Source: a virus
Length of the DNA: 64,000 bases
Direction: 5' to 3' (one strand)
Virus record (IMG/VR): IMGVR_UViG_3300020442_000008
Location: 32,001-96,000 of that record
Every line of letters begins with the position of its first letter. The stretch's first letter is position 1. The notes under the pieces are model-generated. The model did not search any database and was not told where the DNA came from. It worked only from the letters and a program-made list of their open reading frames with translations. The position numbers and the translations under genes were made by a program. Positions 23,974 through 34,880 of the stretch are shown one piece after another.

Positions 23974-25161
23974 ATGCAAACACTAGAAAAACTTTACAAA
24001 ATAGACTCTAAGGGTCGCCTTAGAGAATGGACAATGCACATTAATCGTGATACATTTTTTGCGGTTAAAGGTTTGGTCGGCATGAAGCTGACAGAAGACA
24101 AACCTACATTTTGTACTGCTAAAAATATAGGCAGAAGTAATGAGACTACTGATGAAGAGCAGACAATCCTAGAAGCAAAAGCTAAGTGGGAAAAGAAACT
24201 CAAAGAGGGTTACGCAAAGACTCCCGAAGAGGCAGAGACGAGATCGTATTTTGATCCTATGCTTGCACAATCTTATGATGATCGCAAGTCAGAAGTCGAA
24301 GAGGCATACAAACAAGGTGTAGTTTATTGTCAACCAAAACTAGATGGTATTCGTTGCATTGTGCGTAAAGAAGGTAATGATGTTGTTGCTAGAACTCGCA
24401 ATGGTAGACTCATTGATGCAATCCCTCATATCACCAAGGAATTAAGTCCTTATTTTAAAAATAATGACAAACTCGTTCTTGATGGAGAATTATATAATCA
24501 CGATTTAAAACATGATTTTAATAAAATAGTTTCATTAGTAAGAAAGCAAAAACCTAGTAAAACTAAATCAGATACAGATAAATCTTTTCAAAAGAAATTA
24601 GATAAGTTCGATAAAGCACTAAAAGAATCTAAATCTCTTGTACAATATTGGATATATGATATACCCAAGAGTGACTCGTTTAAATGTAGAAATCTTTTTT
24701 CGGAGCGTTTCTTTGCTGAAGATATATTTGAAAGTGATTCTATTAAATTCGTTAAGACTCAAGTTGCATTTGATAATGATGATCTTGATGATATATATAA
24801 ACGATATGTCGGTAGTGGATACGAAGGTCAAATGATCCGCATTAATTCGGGTTATGAGCAAGGCAAGCGTAGTGCAAAACTATTAAAGCGTAAAGATTTT
24901 ATGGATGCAGAGTATCTTGTGACAGATATTGAAGAGGGTAATGGCAATCGTAGTGGTACTGCGAAACATCTTGTTTGTTATTGTCCTAAAATGGATACGC
25001 ATTTCAATTCAAATATTAAAGGTAATTTTGATTATCTAGCAGAAATCCTAGAGAATCGTGAATACTATATTGGTAAATATGCAACGATTAAGTTTTTTGA
25101 GCTTACTCCCGATGGTATTCCTAGATTTCCTTACGCACTTTCTTTCAGAGATTACGAGTAA
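23974..25161 (+). CDS. ATP-dependent DNA ligase
   Basis: PMLA, motif I QPKLDGIRC, LDGELY, YEGQMIR, KRS-LLKRKDF, PRFP. Confidence 0.92.
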   Translation: MQTLEKLYKIDSKGRLREWTMHINRDTFFAVKGLVGMKLTEDKPTFCTAKNIGRSNETTDEEQTILEAKAKWEKKLKEGYAKTPEEAETRSYFDPMLAQSYDDRKSEVEEAYKQGVVYCQPKLDGIRCIVRKEGNDVVARTRNGRLIDAIPHITKELSPYFKNNDKLVLDGELYNHDLKHDFNKIVSLVRKQKPSKTKSDTDKSFQKKLDKFDKALKESKSLVQYWIYDIPKSDSFKCRNLFSERFFAEDIFESDSIKFVKTQVAFDNDDLDDIYKRYVGSGYEGQMIRINSGYEQGKRSAKLLKRKDFMDAEYLVTDIEEGNGNRSGTAKHLVCYCPKMDTHFNSNIKGNFDYLAEILENREYYIGKYATIKFFELTPDGIPRFPYALSFRDYE

Positions 25162-25254
25162 ATTCGTTCTTAACTAGCTTATAATGAGAGGGTTATAAGC
25201 ATTTTCACAAAAAAGCTTGACAAGCAAGCAGTTTTCCTCAATACTTATTCTATC

Positions 25255-26025
25255 ATGCAAATCACACTTACAGAAAAATCAACTCAATTTGAATTAACGA
25301 ATAGTTTCGATCAACTATTATTTCCATTTAAGCATACGCTTGAGCAAGCGAAGGCAGTTCAGAAAACGAATCAACTGAAAGAAGTTGATCGCTTTTTTAA
25401 CAACCTTACACTTCGTCTTGTTAAAGAAGGTGAAGATTATTGGGAATCATTAATTCCCAAGAACGATGCAGAAATGTTTGGTCGTTGGGTATTCGCTATT
25501 ATGAGCGTTCACACTACTTGGGAAAGTAATGTGCGTGGATACGAAATCGCAATGAGCGATTTATCATGGACAATTTCCAAAGATGCGTTGCGTGACATGA
25601 TTGTCAAAGCAAAGGTTGGTCTTTATGAGCGTAGAGAAAGAGGTTTGTGGGACTTGGCAACCAAGTTCAGAGAAAACCCCGATCAGTTCAAGAAGCAAGA
25701 TGACGAGACATGGCAAGAATGTCGCAATCGCTTGATTGGTACGATCTATGGACTTGGCAATGCAAAGACAACTTATGCTCTGTCTTTGAGTTATCCAACA
25801 GAGTCGCAACTTTGTTGCTTGGATGTTCACTTGTTACGCTTCATGGGGCATGATCTCAAGAAGGGTCACGCTAGTTCACTAGAAGCATATCAAGAAATGG
25901 AAAACGAGTGGCTTGCTCGTTGCGACAAGTATGGAGTGTCTCCAAATGTTGCTAGAGAAATTTATTGGAACAAAGTTCAAGGCAGAAGGAACTCACGCTA
26001 TTGGAGTTACTGCCTCGAAAAATAA
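25255..26025 (+). CDS. HhH DNA glycosylase-like protein (OGG/EndoIII fold)
   Basis: R--L--IYGLGNAKT helix-hairpin-helix followed by CLDVHLLR. Confidence 0.65.
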   Translation: MQITLTEKSTQFELTNSFDQLLFPFKHTLEQAKAVQKTNQLKEVDRFFNNLTLRLVKEGEDYWESLIPKNDAEMFGRWVFAIMSVHTTWESNVRGYEIAMSDLSWTISKDALRDMIVKAKVGLYERRERGLWDLATKFRENPDQFKKQDDETWQECRNRLIGTIYGLGNAKTTYALSLSYPTESQLCCLDVHLLRFMGHDLKKGHASSLEAYQEMENEWLARCDKYGVSPNVAREIYWNKVQGRRNSRYWSYCLEK

Positions 26026-26661
26026 TTTTCTTGACATTCAACATTAATCAGTCATACTTAACATTATGAATTATTGGAATACAAAGCAAATACATTGGCA
26101 TGACTTCACTTCTGAAGATATTTTTATTAAAAGAAATAGAGTTAGTAGTCAATTTGAAGATGAAATTCAAACTGCATCATATAAAACCAAAAGTGGTTTC
26201 GTAAGTTTCCTAACAGATGGAAATGGTCGTAACCAATATGGTAGGATGGTTAAAAGAGCAGTTGGAGTTTGTGTTCGATTACATGGATTAAAGGATAATT
26301 ATCCTTGTGCAGAGATTGACTTCGTAAAATATAATATCAACAAGAAATATTCTAATGGAGCAAACAAGTGGACTTCGCCTAATGCTATTGCATATATAAC
26401 AAGCAATCATCAGCATGGACAATACAAGCGTGATCCGATTAGTGGTGATTGGGTTATGGACTATGATCCGCTTGTCGCTAGGGATGACGAAGGTTATCAA
26501 GTTCACTTTTCGGCAAATCAATCTCAATATGGTGGAGATCGTAGAGAGTGCCAAGAAATGCTAGATATATCTTGGGCAGTCGTAGACTTTCTTGTAGAGA
26601 AAGTTTTACCATCTAAAAGAAATGCCTTGACAATGGTTGCGTAATCTGATTGAATACTATT

Positions 26662-26961
26662 ATGACACAAAAAGAGGAAAGACAAATTGCAGAAATTCGC
26701 CAAGCTCACTTGGATAGAATTCAAGAACTAAAAGAAATGATAGCAGAAATGCACCCCGAAGCACTCTTTGCAGATGGTTTTGATCGCTCGATCATGGGTT
26801 ACGATAAAGATGGCAGAGTAATCTACTCTGTTGACTCTATTGTCGAGACTCTTGTAGAGCGTGATGGAATGGATTGGGAAGAAGCTTCAGAACATTTCAG
26901 CTTTAACATAGAAGGTGCTTATGTTGGGGAATACACTCCAATCTATATGTACGAAAATTAG
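26662..26961 (+). CDS. Conserved phage hypothetical protein
   Basis: FADGFD..IMG...EEASEHFSFNIEGAYVGEYTP motif; start moved to ATG 35 nt after TTGACA 26627. Confidence 0.6.
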   Translation: MTQKEERQIAEIRQAHLDRIQELKEMIAEMHPEALFADGFDRSIMGYDKDGRVIYSVDSIVETLVERDGMDWEEASEHFSFNIEGAYVGEYTPIYMYEN

Positions 26962-27201
26962 TGTAAATATATTAACAAAATGAACAAGCTAAAAGAACTT
27001 ATTAATTTAAAAATAGAAGAGATAGAGAACCTTGAAATTGACACTCAAGAAAACGAAGAAAGATACATCCATGAGATTAACTGCTTAGTATATACTAAGT
27101 ATTTACTCTTCGGTGACGAAAATCTTCTCGTTGACTAAAAAAAGTGTTGACATTCAACCAAAATCTGTCAAACTCATTATATAACACTTAGAAAAACTAT
27201 T

Positions 27202-29493
27202 ATGATTATCACACAAGAAAAATCCAAACGAGTCGTATCGTCTCACGATTTCGATTCAGTAAATTGTACCATTGATGCAGAAGATATGCGTTATGTCGCT
27301 TCTCTTCTTCGCAACAACTATTCTAATCCACCTCTCGCAGTTGTGCGTGAGATTAGTGCTAACGCACTAGACGCAAACAAGGAAGCTAATGCTACTCGTA
27401 AAGTAGAGATTACTCTTCCTTCCAAGTTTCAGCCAAACTTTTGCGTTCGTGATTTTGGTAGTGGCTTGAGCAAAGAAGATGTCTTCGGTTTGTATTCAAA
27501 ATATGGTAAAAGCACTAAGCGTAATTCCAATTCGTATATCGGTGCTTTCGGTATTGGCAAGTTTGCCCCATTGTCTTATGGGAATAATTTCACTTGCGTT
27601 TCGTATCATGGTGGAACTAAATCTTCTTATAATATTTTCGTTAATGAAGATGATGATACCAAGATTGTTGAAATGCACCAAGAACCTTCCAACGAACCAA
27701 GTGGTTTGTCGGTAGAAGTTGCTATTGCAGATGAAGATGTAGACAAATTCAGAGAAATTGTCAAAGCGTTCTTTCGTTTCTTTAGCGAAGATGAAATGCC
27801 AAAATTTATTGGCATTGGTGATGACGAACAATTTTTCGACAAGTATGATGTTGTGCTTCAATCCAAAGATGATTCTTGGTTCATCATTGATGACAAACAA
27901 GACTATTGGAGAAGAAGTCATTCGCAATCTCATGCTTTCATGGGCAGAGTGCATTATCCTATCAATACGAATTCTATTGACTTCAAGAATTATGTAGAAG
28001 AGGACTATGACTATGCACCTCTAAAGAATCTATGTGATGAAGATAATGTTTACCTTCGATTCGATATTGGAGAGCTAAAACTACATCATAGTCGTGAGTC
28101 TTTAGAGTATAACAAAGCTACACAAAAAGCTATTGTAGAACATCTTAGGAAAATGTACGATGACATTCAAGAGATTGCCAAGGAAAAACTTGGTGGAGCA
28201 ACTTGCCTATGGGATGCAAAAGCAAAGTATGCACAAGTTATCAATGCTTTGCCATATCAGTTAAGAAGTATTTTTCAGAACTCTTTTAAGTGGAAAGGTA
28301 TTCCAATTTTGGGTGCAACTTTCCATAGAAGTTATCATTACAATGAAAATATTATCATTACTGAATATACTAAAAGCGAAGACAAGGATGTTACTGATGG
28401 ATATAAAGTAAAAAGTCAAAAATCAAGTAGGATAGATGTTCACAAGAACAACCGATTGGTTCTACAAGACATTAAATCCTCTCATGGCAATGCTTTACGA
28501 GCAAGAACTATATTCAATACTGACGATTCTATTGTTGCAGTTTATGTTGTTTCTTACGATAAAAGTGGTGAGACATATATGTTCAATGATGAAGATGGTT
28601 GGCAACTCAACCTTGTCTCTGATGAAAATATATCCTATACTAGCAATATCGAGAAAGCTAAACTAAAGCAAGGAACTAGATCAAGTGGCGAATCACGCTC
28701 ATCCGTTCCAACCTTTCTATACGATCCGCAAGGATATAGAAATTCCGATCAATGGAAGAATGGTGCAGAACGAGACGATCTTGAAGAAGAACTAGATGAT
28801 GATTCACAACTTGTATATATTTCCATTAGTAATTATAAACCAAGTGGAGAAAGTGCTACTGATTTTTATAGCTTAGATTCTCTCAAGCGTGACTACAAGG
28901 GCATGAAAGCTTTGCTTAAAAACTTGGATGAACCTATGATTGATCTGCATGGAATTCGTAAGGCAGATGTTTCCAAGCTTGACAAGTCAAAATGGATTGA
29001 ATGGCAAGATTATCGTATTCGCAAAGCTAAGGGTGCATTGCTTCGCAGAAAAGCTGATATATTGCGTGGAGAGCGTAGACTTGCTTATACAGAGCATCGA
29101 CATGAAATGTCTCATGTGAAAAGTATTGAAGGGTTACTAGCGAATAAGAGCCTTAAAAATATTTTAAACAATAGTCTTGACAAAAACCATGATGTCAGAG
29201 AAGCAATGAATATTCTTGCAGATTCTCAACTAGAAGATGTTGTTGTGTCCACATTGAGTCAACTCAAAAAGTTAGTACATGATAACGATAAAGATTGGTT
29301 CGACAAGAATTTCTCTTCTACATATAAATGGAAAAGCTTTGACTATCTTTGCAAAGATATTTCAGATAAGTACCCATTACTTGTGAACATAAATTCACAA
29401 GTTTACGGATGGGCAAATCTATCCGAATCAAATTTCGGAAAGAACATTGCTGATTATATTTCTATGTGTGATAAGCTAGGGGAAGAGGCATGA
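27202..29493 (+). CDS. rIIA: rIIA-like protein with N-terminal GHKL ATPase
   Basis: YSNP-AVVREISANALDA, VRDFGSGLS, YGKSTKRNSN-IGAFGIGKF, SRESLEY; adjacent to rIIB. Confidence 0.85.
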   Translation: MIITQEKSKRVVSSHDFDSVNCTIDAEDMRYVASLLRNNYSNPPLAVVREISANALDANKEANATRKVEITLPSKFQPNFCVRDFGSGLSKEDVFGLYSKYGKSTKRNSNSYIGAFGIGKFAPLSYGNNFTCVSYHGGTKSSYNIFVNEDDDTKIVEMHQEPSNEPSGLSVEVAIADEDVDKFREIVKAFFRFFSEDEMPKFIGIGDDEQFFDKYDVVLQSKDDSWFIIDDKQDYWRRSHSQSHAFMGRVHYPINTNSIDFKNYVEEDYDYAPLKNLCDEDNVYLRFDIGELKLHHSRESLEYNKATQKAIVEHLRKMYDDIQEIAKEKLGGATCLWDAKAKYAQVINALPYQLRSIFQNSFKWKGIPILGATFHRSYHYNENIIITEYTKSEDKDVTDGYKVKSQKSSRIDVHKNNRLVLQDIKSSHGNALRARTIFNTDDSIVAVYVVSYDKSGETYMFNDEDGWQLNLVSDENISYTSNIEKAKLKQGTRSSGESRSSVPTFLYDPQGYRNSDQWKNGAERDDLEEELDDDSQLVYISISNYKPSGESATDFYSLDSLKRDYKGMKALLKNLDEPMIDLHGIRKADVSKLDKSKWIEWQDYRIRKAKGALLRRKADILRGERRLAYTEHRHEMSHVKSIEGLLANKSLKNILNNSLDKNHDVREAMNILADSQLEDVVVSTLSQLKKLVHDNDKDWFDKNFSSTYKWKSFDYLCKDISDKYPLLVNINSQVYGWANLSESNFGKNIADYISMCDKLGEEA

Positions 29494-29518
29494 AAATGCC
29501 TCTCCCCGAAACTTTTTT
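29479..29518 (+). terminator. Intrinsic terminator-like hairpin after rIIA
   Basis: GGGGA-AGAGGCAT-GAAA-ATGCCTCT-CCCC followed by a T-run. Confidence 0.55.
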
Positions 29519-29573
29519 CTTGACTTTAACTACAATTTCAAATACTATTATATACAACGAAAGATAAAAAATT

Positions 29574-30647
29574 ATGAATGAAAAATTAGCGTACAACTTG
29601 AGTGAAGATTCCATTACTATCTTTTACGATGGAAAACCATACACGATCCGCAAAGACAATGCAAACTTCTCTGCCTTGCGTTCAGCGATTTTTGAGGGAA
29701 GGTTTGATGATGTTCCCGAATTGCTTGATGTCAAAAAGGCAATCGAAGATTTTGTCGAAGGTGATGTCGAGGTTAGAGATGAGGTCTTATATTACAAAGG
29801 CAAGCATAGACTACATGGTGTTGTTGTTGACAAGCTATTGGATATGTTGCGTAGTGGCATGAAGGATTCTACTCCGATGACCAATTACATTGGTCGGCTC
29901 ATGCAGAACCCATCATCCAATTCTGTTGATGAACTTTATACCTTTCTTGGTTATCGGTCTTTGCCAATTACTCCCGAAGGGAAAGTGTTGGGCTACAAAG
30001 GTGTTCAAGCGGATTATTGGAGCAACACAGGTAATGCGGATACAATCGTATTACAAGGTGAAACCAACGAGAGGCATCAAATCTACAATGGTGTTGGTGA
30101 AACGATTGAGATTCAGCGTAGAAGTTGTGATGACAACAAAGATCATCATTGCTCTCATGGGTTGCATATCGGTTCGTATGATTATGCTAATAATTGGGCA
30201 TCATCTGATGGTAAATTGCTTCTTGTGGAGTTTGATCCCCAAGATGCAGTCTCCGTTCCAACCGATTGTGAATTTCAAAAATTAAGGGTTTGCAAGTACA
30301 AAGTGGTTGCAGACATTAGTGACTCTCGCCAAGAGCTAGATAAGGTAGTCTACGAGGCTAATAAGCCTATCTATGGTTCTGATTCAGATTTAGATGATTC
30401 TGAAATCGAAGGAGAGTGGGAAGAAGACCAAGACGATGCAGATTTCGTTTCCAAGCTTGAAGTCAAAAACTATATTGAAAATAAGTTAGAAAGAGGAGAA
30501 GAAGTTACTCTTAAACTTATATCTTCATTGAAGGTTTGTCGGGAAGAAGGTTGGAGAGTAAGGGATGTTGCAGTTCTTGTTGAAGAACTTGGTTTCGATC
30601 TCGATGAAGACCAAAACGACATCATGTCAAATTGGAAGGTTTCATAA
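29574..30647 (+). CDS. rIIB: rIIB-like protein
   Basis: NPS-ELY-FL, LPITPEG-GYKGV, CSHGLHIG, DAVSVPTD, KLRVCKYKV. Confidence 0.88.
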   Translation: MNEKLAYNLSEDSITIFYDGKPYTIRKDNANFSALRSAIFEGRFDDVPELLDVKKAIEDFVEGDVEVRDEVLYYKGKHRLHGVVVDKLLDMLRSGMKDSTPMTNYIGRLMQNPSSNSVDELYTFLGYRSLPITPEGKVLGYKGVQADYWSNTGNADTIVLQGETNERHQIYNGVGETIEIQRRSCDDNKDHHCSHGLHIGSYDYANNWASSDGKLLLVEFDPQDAVSVPTDCEFQKLRVCKYKVVADISDSRQELDKVVYEANKPIYGSDSDLDDSEIEGEWEEDQDDADFVSKLEVKNYIENKLERGEEVTLKLISSLKVCREEGWRVRDVAVLVEELGFDLDEDQNDIMSNWKVS

Positions 30648-31169
30648 TGGACTCAACTCTACAAAAGAACGAATTGTTTGTTTCTCTTAGCAATGCGAAT
30701 TCAGTAGAAGTTGATGCTTCATGGGCAATTCTTAAATACAAGGAAATTGGTATTTACAGAAAGGTTGCTTGTTTGAGTTCCCTATTCAACTTGGACTTTG
30801 AGAGCGTACTAGATACGCTCCCGAAGGACGATGAGGGTAGATTATTGGACTACAAGACAAGGCACTTAATCCATGACGCATTACTTCTAGTATCGTGAGC
30901 GAAGAAGCAGAAGCATATATTCACAAACTCCAATCAGAACTAACTCAAATAATTCAAAAGATTTGCAAGTCTTATGATGATGTTATGAGTCAAGAGCAAG
31001 TTAATGAATACTTGGGTTATCTGATTGAGTCGTTAGAATATTTTCATAAAAGAGGAAACTATCAACGCATGGCATACGATTTGCGAAACGCAATAAATTT
31101 TCTGCCATCAGCATTTCCAACAAATTAATTCTTGACTTTCGGGGCAAATTAAAATAGGATATATATATT

Positions 31170-31580
31170 ATGGGATTAGATCAATACGCTTATAGCAAAG
31201 ATTCAAAAGGAGAAGAGGTAGAACTCGCTTATTGGAGAAAGCACAATCGCCTACAAGGATGGATGGAAGAACTTTGGGAAGCTAAAGGCAGACCAAACTA
31301 CAAACCAACCAATAATGGGGGTCTAGGAGACTTTAATTGCGTGAATCTCTATTTAAGCTTGGAAGACCTTGACGATCTTGAAGAAGTCGTTTGTGCGAAA
31401 GCTTTACCCGAAACTTGCGGATTCTTCTTTGGTGAGGATTCTTTCTCTTGGGAAAATAAAGATGGAGAACAACATAAAGGTTATGATTATTTCTACAAGG
31501 AACTAGATATGGAATTCATAGAAAAAGCTAGAGATGAAATTAATAAAGGAAAAAAAGTATTCTATACTTGTTGGTGGTAA
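31170..31580 (+). CDS. Conserved phage hypothetical protein (MGLDQY family)
   Basis: MGLDQYAY...YWRKHN.LQGWM...FNC...GFFFG...VFYTCWW. Confidence 0.65.
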   Translation: MGLDQYAYSKDSKGEEVELAYWRKHNRLQGWMEELWEAKGRPNYKPTNNGGLGDFNCVNLYLSLEDLDDLEEVVCAKALPETCGFFFGEDSFSWENKDGEQHKGYDYFYKELDMEFIEKARDEINKGKKVFYTCWW

Positions 31581-32027
31581 ATATGTATTCAATAAATATA
31601 ATAGAATTAATAAATAATATATTTATAGGATTAGGTTTGACGGCACTTTTAATATTTGTTTTATTTTTAGCATTTACTTATGATGACTAAAAACAAAGAA
31701 AGAGAATTACTAGATAATATATATAATATAGAGAACGAATTAAAGATAATTGAAAAAGAATTGGATTACATAATCGACAATGCTCCCGAAGATGGGGCAG
31801 TCGCAGAACTCCTAGAGATCGAGCGAGGATACCTTTTGTCGGAACTTGAGATCACCAAGGATTCTTATATGTTACTTACCAAAGATAAATAACTAAATTC
31901 TATATACAATATATATATAAGACTAATATAACAACAAATAACACACTTATTATATTACTTGATTTATTTTAAGTTAATGAATATTATTAATTTATATATA
32001 AATGCTTGTGAATCAAGGGTATTCAGA

Positions 32028-32061
32028 GTGGGGGAAAGTGGGGAAAAGTGGTTCAGAGTGG
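32028..32061 (+). promoter_or_regulatory. Four GTGG boxes at 10-bp period (MraZ-box-like)
   Basis: GTGG at 32028, 32038, 32048, 32058 (GTGGGGGAAAGTGGGGAAAAGTGGTTCAGAGTGG) inside otherwise very AT-rich DNA. Confidence 0.6.
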
Positions 32062-33863
32062 GCTACGCGACTTCAATATATATAAATACTAATACAAATA
32101 TATTCAAATAACAAATGAAATTAAACAAAATAAACAAAATTCTAAATAATATTAATTTGAAATTGCTTGAAATTAAACTTAAAAATAATTTTAATAGTAA
32201 AAATATATCTAATAATTGCGAAATGAAAATTGATAATGAAAATGATTCAAATATAAAACGAAATAAATACGGATTTCCAACTTTATTCAGATAATACTGC
32301 TCTTTTTAATATATTTTAATTGATTAATATATATTAATTGGCTCGTTCGCAAGTTTTCGGTTGACAAAAGGTCGTTTTTCGTCAATACTACTAACATGAA
32401 CATCAAAGAACGCAGTTTGAAGTATGTAGAATTCCATATGTTCGAGACTTTCGGTCATGTATTCGAGCATCAGCTTCAAACCCAAGGGTATTGGCATCAA
32501 GATGGTAACGATATACGATATGAGAGTGTGGTCGAGAACGCAAAGGGCGAAGAGGGCAACCAAATCAGCTACATCTTCCCCATATTTGACCCCGACAATG
32601 AATTTTATGACAAATATAATAAAGATGAGGATGAATGATGAGTGAATTAACACGAAATATAAATGCTTTGTTAGATGAATATAATAATATTAAACAAAAT
32701 AAATCAAATACAGACGACACTATTGAAAATATAATTAGTGATATAAATAAATTAACTAATAATGGTCGAAATGTTAGTGATATATTTACAAATATATATT
32801 ATATAAACGATAATATGGAAGATAAGCGTTGTGCAGTTAGCTGAAGATCAGATTGCAAGTGAGATTTTGGCAAATAAACACAATGCCACTAATATTGATC
32901 TTTATAAACTAGAAATAATTGATAAAACAATTAATGAAATTATATTGATTTATGAAAATAAAAATATAAATGATTTAATCGAAATTATGAATGGTTTTGA
33001 CCTCAATAAATATAGTAGAAGATTGACTGGAACTGATATGTATTTGTGGGAAACTTAATATTGCATTATATATCAAGCAATAAACGAAATTAAGATTGAA
33101 TTTGAGCCAAATAAGATTATATCTCACCTTTATGCCTTATATATCAAGCAGTTATGTCGATAAAATGAAAAAAAATCGACATTTCAAAAAAAAAGTGTTG
33201 ACAAGGGCGACATATTTTGCGATACTTAAACCATGACAACGATTAAAAGCACTCTTGAAACGCTCCGCAAGCAACGCAACCTTGCGGATGAGGTATCTAA
33301 CTTAGGTTCATACATGAGCGGAAACACATCCGAGCTTGTACAACACATAGGTTTTCTAGGAGATAAGATAGAAGACCAAGCACAAATGACTAATGGTTAT
33401 TTAGATGATATAAGATCATCAATAGATAAGAATACAGAAGCTTTACAAAGAATTGCAGATATAATTGCAAGAAGATAAATAATAACACTAATATAAATAT
33501 AATTATGAGTATTGCGAAAAACGCTAGAGCATCACAGATTATGTCGAATGTCAGCAACGGACATTATGTAAAGAACGGAAAGTTTGCGAATTTCGGGTCT
33601 ATTCCCGAAGATAGCATCTACTACCACACTTGGTTGGCAGAGAAGGCAGATCGTAAACGCAAAGAGCGAGAAGCTCAAGCCCTTGCGAAAGGAGTTCGGG
33701 CATGATTGACGCTTTTGATAAACAATCAGTTAATATATGTAAAAAGATTCGGGGTATACTTGAAGCAGAACTCGATCTTAATATAAAGGATCATGGATTA
33801 TGGAGGATACAATGCTTAATACATGATGAACTGAAAGAAAATAAAGAAATTCAAAAAAAGGTA

Positions 33864-33950
33864 TTGACAAATAACTAAATATATAGTATTATTAATACAT
33901 AACAATTGAGAAAGAAACTCAATCAAATAAAATATAATTGATCTTTAACA
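33864..33950 (+). promoter_or_regulatory. sigma70 promoter with boxB-like hairpin and boxA antitermination signal
   Basis: TTGACA 33864, 17 bp, TATTAT 33887; ATTGAG/CTCAAT hairpin; TGATCTTTAACA at 33939-33950. Confidence 0.65.
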
Positions 33951-33965
33951 TTTTTTTAACACTTT

Positions 33966-34172
33966 GGAAGGGCTTATAATCCTTCCTGTGGGTGACTGAA
34001 TAAGCCTGTCGTGAGCGGGCTAAAGTACGCAGACTTCCTGTGGTGGGAGTGCAGAGTCCAATCGGATGAGCAAAAGATGTAGACCTTGTCTAGTCTGTGG
34101 TTTGAAGTAGGTACACCATTGAACTGATGTTCACGCCGAAAAAATGGAGGTATTCAGTAGTCCTCCCCCACA
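33966..34172 (+). ncRNA. Structured non-coding RNA (possibly manA-motif-like)
   Basis: GC-richer ORF-free island; TGTGGG/CCCACA closing stem, several internal hairpins, ACTGAATA/TATTCAGT pseudoknot-type pairing; lies between promoter+boxA and terminator. Confidence 0.65.
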
Positions 34173-34182
34173 TCTATTTACA

Positions 34183-34256
34183 TAGGCAAATATGCGGAGG
34201 TTGTGTGTTGCCTCTAGTGACTATCATCGCCTGTTGGGTAACTCAATAAAAGCCTA
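34183..34256 (+). ncRNA. Second small multi-stem RNA domain
   Basis: TAGGC/GCCTA closing stem enclosing GGAGG/CCTCT, GTGA/TCGC and TTGGG/CTCAA hairpins. Confidence 0.4.
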
Positions 34257-34265
34257 GCAAACTCT

Positions 34266-34300
34266 AAAAACCCTCATCTTTCGAGATGGGGGTTTTTTTT
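34266..34300 (+). terminator. Intrinsic terminator
   Basis: CCCTCATCT-TTCG-AGATGGGGG followed by T8. Confidence 0.85.
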
Positions 34301-34880
34301 GTTTGACAAGATCCACCACCTAGTCTACTATGGTAGCATGATTACATTAAAAAACATACTATCACACTACGGGTACATCAACTCAGATCAACTCGCAGAA
34401 CTTAACGAACACTTCCCTCACATGAAGGTGGTAATTAAATGGGGTGGACTTCCTCGTGAACGAGTCCCTGTTTGGAAGGCAATAGAAACCATCGAGAGAG
34501 TCGAGAGGGAGAACATTGACTATTGCAGAGAGGTATTTCTCTCGGCAACCGATTGCGAGAATCTTCGCAAAGCTTTACATATAGCCACTAATTAACATAT
34601 ATTATGAAGTATCAAGCAGAACGAAATGCAGTTGAGTTTGGTTTATTGGATATTGAAGATAGAATACATGACAATGACCATAGACTAGACTTCGCTCAAA
34701 AACAAGAGATTCAAGGTAGAACAGACTTAATCAGATTACTATTGAAAAGAAATCTACCATTGAAAGCTAAACAACAATTAAAATTCTTAGATAGATATAT
34801 TGATCAATGCTTATATAATGATTATATGATACATGATTATTTATCTTGACCTTTATTCTAAACTTAACTAGTATTATACT

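Noticed and set aside
33966-34256. tmRNA, RNase P or SRP identity for the ncRNA
   Set aside because: No tRNA-Ala-like ends or tag ORF; no recognisable RNase P P4 or SRP domain IV motifs
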